This document shows, in pieces, positions 60,288 to 64,000 of a DNA stretch of 64,000 nt; position 1 is the first letter of the stretch, and every line of letters starts with the position of its first letter. The notes under the pieces were generated by a model. That model made no database searches. It was not told the DNA's origin and saw only the letters and a list, made by a program, of their open reading frames with translations. Source of the stretch: Candidatus Obscuribacterales bacterium (GTDB lineage Bacteria; Cyanobacteriota; Vampirovibrionia; Obscuribacterales; Obscuribacteraceae); contig CBDDIJ010000005.1 in the NCBI GenBank assembly GCA_965228855.1, forward strand, positions 160,001 through 224,000, read 5' to 3'. Made by a program: the position numbers and the translations under genes.

Positions 60288-61695
60288 ATTTAAACCTGCT
60301 AACGGTGGAAGAGTCTTTCGGAATTAGCACCGTTCTCTCCTTCGAAAAGGTCATTGTAAGTTCAGTCTTTGCTCGTGTAATTGCAATGTAGAAAAGGCGA
60401 GCATCATGCGCTTCAGCGTCGACCTGACCGAACTGGTTTACGGTACGATCGCTAGGCAAGCGATCTTTTGAGCAATAAGGCATGAACACTGCATCAAATT
60501 CGAGTCCTTGCGACGCTTGATACATACCTACAAAAATTCCATTGCTTTGGACCCAACATGGCATTGTTCGATCAATTTGAGTAAAGCCGCACTTCCGTTG
60601 ACGTAAGCTGCGGACCACAACGTTTACATCATCCTTGGTTCTACACAAGATTGCTACGGTTTTCGAATTGGCATCTGCAATTGCTCGCGAAACGACGTAC
60701 TCTGTTTCGGACGCGTAGTCTCGACAGCGGACGACCCGAGGCTTTGAACCAGCCGCTAAGACATTTTTAGGGGCTACTAAATCAGGCTCGAGGTAGAACG
60801 GCATCAACGCGAGTTCGAGTGCAAACGCGGTAATCTCTGGACTATTTCTATAGTTCTGCTCAAACTTCCAAACGTTTCGCTCCAGAACATCAAGGTTTGC
60901 GGACTTCCAATTTGTTCGGGTTCTAACTCCACGCGTCTGCTGCACAAGGTCGCCAAAGAATGTCAGGCTTCCATCCGCTGGAATTGCTGCAGCCAGTGAA
61001 CGCAACATTTCTGGCGAGAACTGTTGTCCTTCATCGATGACGATGTGGCGGTAGAATCGGGATGTTGAATCATCAGCAAACGCATCTGACACCAGAGTCG
61101 CAATTTCAAGGTAGTCTGTTTCAGTGCGGTAGCGGGTTAACCTTTGTTCTCGATACCTTTCAAGAATCGAGTAGATTTCGCTTCTGAGTGCGGAAGTCAA
61201 TCCTACTTCACGCCCCATTCTATCTGCGTCTAGGTAGTCCTGCTTCGACCGAATTCCATTGTCGACTATCCAGTCAATTTCATCGAGAACAAATTGAGTA
61301 TCAAGTCCTGATAATCTTGAGGTAGTGCGCGTCTTTTTGAAAGTACTGATTAGTGATACTAGAAGCGTCTCGCGTTTGTCATTATCCAACGTCCTGCGTA
61401 CCGGTCTTTTTCGCGAATTTAGATATCCGAAGGCAAATTTGTGGTAGGTGCGAACATCTAAAGGGTTTTTACTTTGTCGCGCGTAGTGATCGAGATACTT
61501 TGTTAAGACATTATTGAATGTGACAAGAAGCGTTCTTCCTGAAGTGGAAGTTCTAGCGTCTGAAAGATATCCCGCTCGAAGTAGTGCCAATAAGGTCTTG
61601 CCGCTACCTGCGGTGCCAAGCACAACACTGTGGCCAAGCGGATAAAGGCTCAGCACATCAATCTGTCGACCTTGAGGTTTGGGTAATCCCTGCAA
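60274..61695 (-). CDS. UvrD-like superfamily 1 helicase
   Basis: GTAGSGKT, VTFN, TYH, IVIDEGQ, FGD..Q, NYRN, GLEFDAV, YIAITRAK; overlaps the darT start by 14 bp. Confidence 0.92.
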   Translation of the reverse strand: MQGLPKPQGRQIDVLSLYPLGHSVVLGTAGSGKTLLALLRAGYLSDARTSTSGRTLLVTFNNVLTKYLDHYARQSKNPLDVRTYHKFAFGYLNSRKRPVRRTLDNDKRETLLVSLISTFKKTRTTSRLSGLDTQFVLDEIDWIVDNGIRSKQDYLDADRMGREVGLTSALRSEIYSILERYREQRLTRYRTETDYLEIATLVSDAFADDSTSRFYRHIVIDEGQQFSPEMLRSLAAAIPADGSLTFFGDLVQQTRGVRTRTNWKSANLDVLERNVWKFEQNYRNSPEITAFALELALMPFYLEPDLVAPKNVLAAGSKPRVVRCRDYASETEYVVSRAIADANSKTVAILCRTKDDVNVVVRSLRQRKCGFTQIDRTMPCWVQSNGIFVGMYQASQGLEFDAVFMPYCSKDRLPSDRTVNQFGQVDAEAHDARLFYIAITRAKTELTMTFSKERTVLIPKDSSTVSRFKYDIR

Positions 61696-61808
61696 GTTGC
61701 CACGTACTCTCTGGATTTTGGGTTGAAACAGGTCACAATAACGAGGACATGCTTCGCGGTCAATCCCCCAGAGGGATGATTAGTTTTGAGCGCGTTTCTG
61801 CACTGGTA

Positions 61809-62549
61809 TCAACCAAGGTTGAATTGGATTCCCGCTGGATGCTGATTTGATACCTCCCAGCCGACTGCGTCTCCCTCTCGGTTGAAGGATAGAAACAGAC
61901 CAAAGCGGTAGATCGGAGACTTTACCGGTTCGCTCGATTCGGTAAATAGCAGCAGTTTTGTCCAATCAAGGAGAAGGCAGGCCGCATTGGTGAAATTTAC
62001 CTTCATCTCGATAATGAGTACGTTACGGCAATTACATCCGCGGGTGTGAATCACGACGTCGGGAACGACCCTTCGGTACCTTCCTTGTGAGGTCTCGATT
62101 GCAATGTCTATTCTCGCCCGTTCAAAGTGCTTCGCAGTAACTTTGAACGGAATTTTTCCTCTAAGACTGTTGAGCGATTTCATCATGTAATCTCGTGAGA
62201 GTTGCTTCGTCAAAGAGCCCGCCCGGTTGTACTCACAGTCTACCGACCAGCCGGTGTACTTCAGTTGGTCAAAGAGAATGCGAGCGAATTGATGCGCGAC
62301 CGCACGCTCACCCACTTCGAGGTAGAACAAGTCCTTTTGCTCTTTTAGCTCCAGAACCGTGTCTCGAAGTATAGCGCGAAGCGAGCGTTTGTCGTTTGAC
62401 GTAATGATCTCTTGGTCCAATGTTTGAGGAATATCGGCAAGATTCCTCTTTGTGCAGTTGTCGCAACTAGGCATGGTTTTAATTTTTTCCATTCGGTTGA
62501 AATCCCTATGCTGAAAATCCAATTGTTCTGTTGCGAGACATGAGACCAA
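61809..62549 (-). CDS. PD-(D/E)XK-like nuclease-fold protein
   Basis: ER..AH, VDCEYNR, VPDVVIH.RG...NVLIIEMK; start uncertain. Confidence 0.7.
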   Translation of the reverse strand: MVSCLATEQLDFQHRDFNRMEKIKTMPSCDNCTKRNLADIPQTLDQEIITSNDKRSLRAILRDTVLELKEQKDLFYLEVGERAVAHQFARILFDQLKYTGWSVDCEYNRAGSLTKQLSRDYMMKSLNSLRGKIPFKVTAKHFERARIDIAIETSQGRYRRVVPDVVIHTRGCNCRNVLIIEMKVNFTNAACLLLDWTKLLLFTESSEPVKSPIYRFGLFLSFNREGDAVGWEVSNQHPAGIQFNLG

Positions 62550-62594
62550 CAGAATTTGCTCCGATCTCTGATACTTCTGACACCAGATCTGATG

Positions 62595-64000
62595 CTAAAT
62601 ACCATTCGACACTCTTATAAAGCGTACAAGGCGTTCTAACTGCGACTGCAAGTCGAGAATGGATAGATCCGCAGGCGCTTGTGTGACGACACGTGCAATC
62701 GCAACCTTGTCCGCCTGTTTTTTCCCTCCGTCCACTTTCATAGTGAGTGCTCGCTCGAACGGTTTTCCAATATTCGGCAATTCTGTTTCTTCTCCGTGAA
62801 CCTTCCTCGCAGCTGAGTCCAGCAGCTTTGGTTCAATATAGTTTTCGATTTCGCGTCCCGCGGATATCCAAGCGAAACCTGGTCCCCTGTCAAACTCACC
62901 TTGAACACGCAACTTAGTTTCGTTAATTGGTTCGGTAGCACTCGACTTATCACGATCTATCACGATGACACCATAGCTGTTTAACCTCCGAAGCGAAATA
63001 AAGTCACTTACCGGCTCGGTCGATGATAACTCGGCACCTTGTGCATTCTCAATATTGGTCAACTCATTGGCGGTGAAGTGACTCAGTAATTTGCCGCCAT
63101 ATGTCATAACCGAATAGTGCAACCCATAAGTGAGACTTGGGTCTAACGCGTTAAGCCAGTGCCTCAGGTAGATACGATCGCTTGGACCTTCCACCCATAT
63201 AACACAGTTTGCCTGCATCAAATCGGATGGGCGGTGCCCTAGAATTCTGCAGATTGATGACTTCGCCTTTGCGGTGTCTGCATGTTCAACTTCCGAATGA
63301 CCGTTCGAATCAATCCGGACATGAAATACACTGGAGTCAGCGATATCCAGAGCTTGAGATGCGTGGGTAGTTATGAAATATTGGTTGTCCGTTTGCTTGG
63401 ACAGAAACTCTAAGAGCGCACGCAGCAAACCCGGATGCAAATGAATTTCCGGCTCCTCAATACAGACGATGCTCTTTTCCCATTGCGTCACAGCGGACGC
63501 CATTAGAACGACTTGATGGATTCCGCGACCCATATGATCTAGTGGAAGCACCTTGCCGTCCAAGTGAACACTAATCTCAAGCTGATTGCTAGCGATCTCC
63601 AATTGAGCAGAGCCGTTCCCCGTTACGCTCTTCACAAACATATTGATTTGAGAGAACTTTTCCTTTGACTGGCGATACTTCGCTGGATCCTGAAAGGACG
63701 GATTCTGAAGTCCCGCGAGATATTTGATAACCCCCGCGCCGGATGGATTGAACTCACTGGCGGAACTATCAATTCTTCTCAGATCGGGGATGGAGTGAAC
63801 GTTTACACTCGCTTCAATTTCGAATAATCGAATGAAATCTTTTAGAATTGTGGAAATATTACCTTCCGGGTTGTGCCGAACGGAAAACGCACCATTGGTA
63901 ACTGCATGAGCTAGTAGTTCCCAATCGTCATCTGTAAATTGCTGATAAAAGTAGTCCTGCAATTCTTTGACGATTGATTCGTCAAAGCGATTACCCAGGT
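62595..64000 (-). CDS. OLD-family ATP-dependent nuclease (ABC ATPase + TOPRIM), 5' end outside the window
   Basis: Signature MGRG, Walker B IEEPEIHLHP, FITTH, TOPRIM VIWVEGPSD and IDRD; frame open to the window edge. Confidence 0.9.
   Translation of the reverse strand, partial: LGNRFDESIVKELQDYFYQQFTDDDWELLAHAVTNGAFSVRHNPEGNISTILKDFIRLFEIEASVNVHSIPDLRRIDSSASEFNPSGAGVIKYLAGLQNPSFQDPAKYRQSKEKFSQINMFVKSVTGNGSAQLEIASNQLEISVHLDGKVLPLDHMGRGIHQVVLMASAVTQWEKSIVCIEEPEIHLHPGLLRALLEFLSKQTDNQYFITTHASQALDIADSSVFHVRIDSNGHSEVEHADTAKAKSSICRILGHRPSDLMQANCVIWVEGPSDRIYLRHWLNALDPSLTYGLHYSVMTYGGKLLSHFTANELTNIENAQGAELSSTEPVSDFISLRRLNSYGVIVIDRDKSSATEPINETKLRVQGEFDRGPGFAWISAGREIENYIEPKLLDSAARKVHGEETELPNIGKPFERALTMKVDGGKKQADKVAIARVVTQAPADLSILDLQSQLERLVRFIRVSNGI

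Larger units (their letters stand above)
52854..64000. mobile_element. Second genomic island (toxin and defence cargo), right end outside the window
   Basis: Begins at a partial tRNA att copy; cargo is toxin/immunity and defence-type genes; intact tRNA-Pro expected further right (inference). Confidence 0.6.

Overview
64-kb bacterial window. The gene repertoire (many TPR proteins, an LRR Ser/Thr kinase, cyanobacterial-type two-component systems and tRNA-Pro) suggests a non-photosynthetic cyanobacterial relative such as Melainabacteria/Obscuribacterales; this is an inference, not tested. The left two-thirds (1-43.5 kb) holds signalling, repair and stress genes: a PAS kinase, a PolX/PHP protein with a degenerate polymerase site next to an ATP-dependent ligase, a TPR-aspartyl protease, a CHASE3 kinase with two response regulators, a CzcAB-type efflux pair with an OmpR-type TCS and ArnT, a TPR operon, a signal-peptide KatG, ATL and DeoR/HAD. 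The right third is an integration hotspot. Two 48-bp copies of the 3' part of tRNA-Pro(TGG) (46401-46448 and 52806-52853) delimit a decayed ~6.4-kb element with two broken tyrosine integrases and an excisionase-like gene. A second island follows and runs off the window. It carries a polymorphic toxin with a deaminase-like tip (HAE changed to DAE) plus immunity gene, and a defence-like cluster: OLD nuclease, PD-(D/E)XK protein, then a translationally coupled four-gene operon of UvrD-like helicase, DarT1-like DNA ADP-ribosyltransferase, ADP-ribosylglycohydrolase-VOC fusion and ChaN/EreA-fold protein. That operon is the best candidate for an undescribed system, because DarT is paired with an ARH-family eraser rather than a NADAR or macrodomain. 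All family assignments come from motif recognition by eye; no searches were run.
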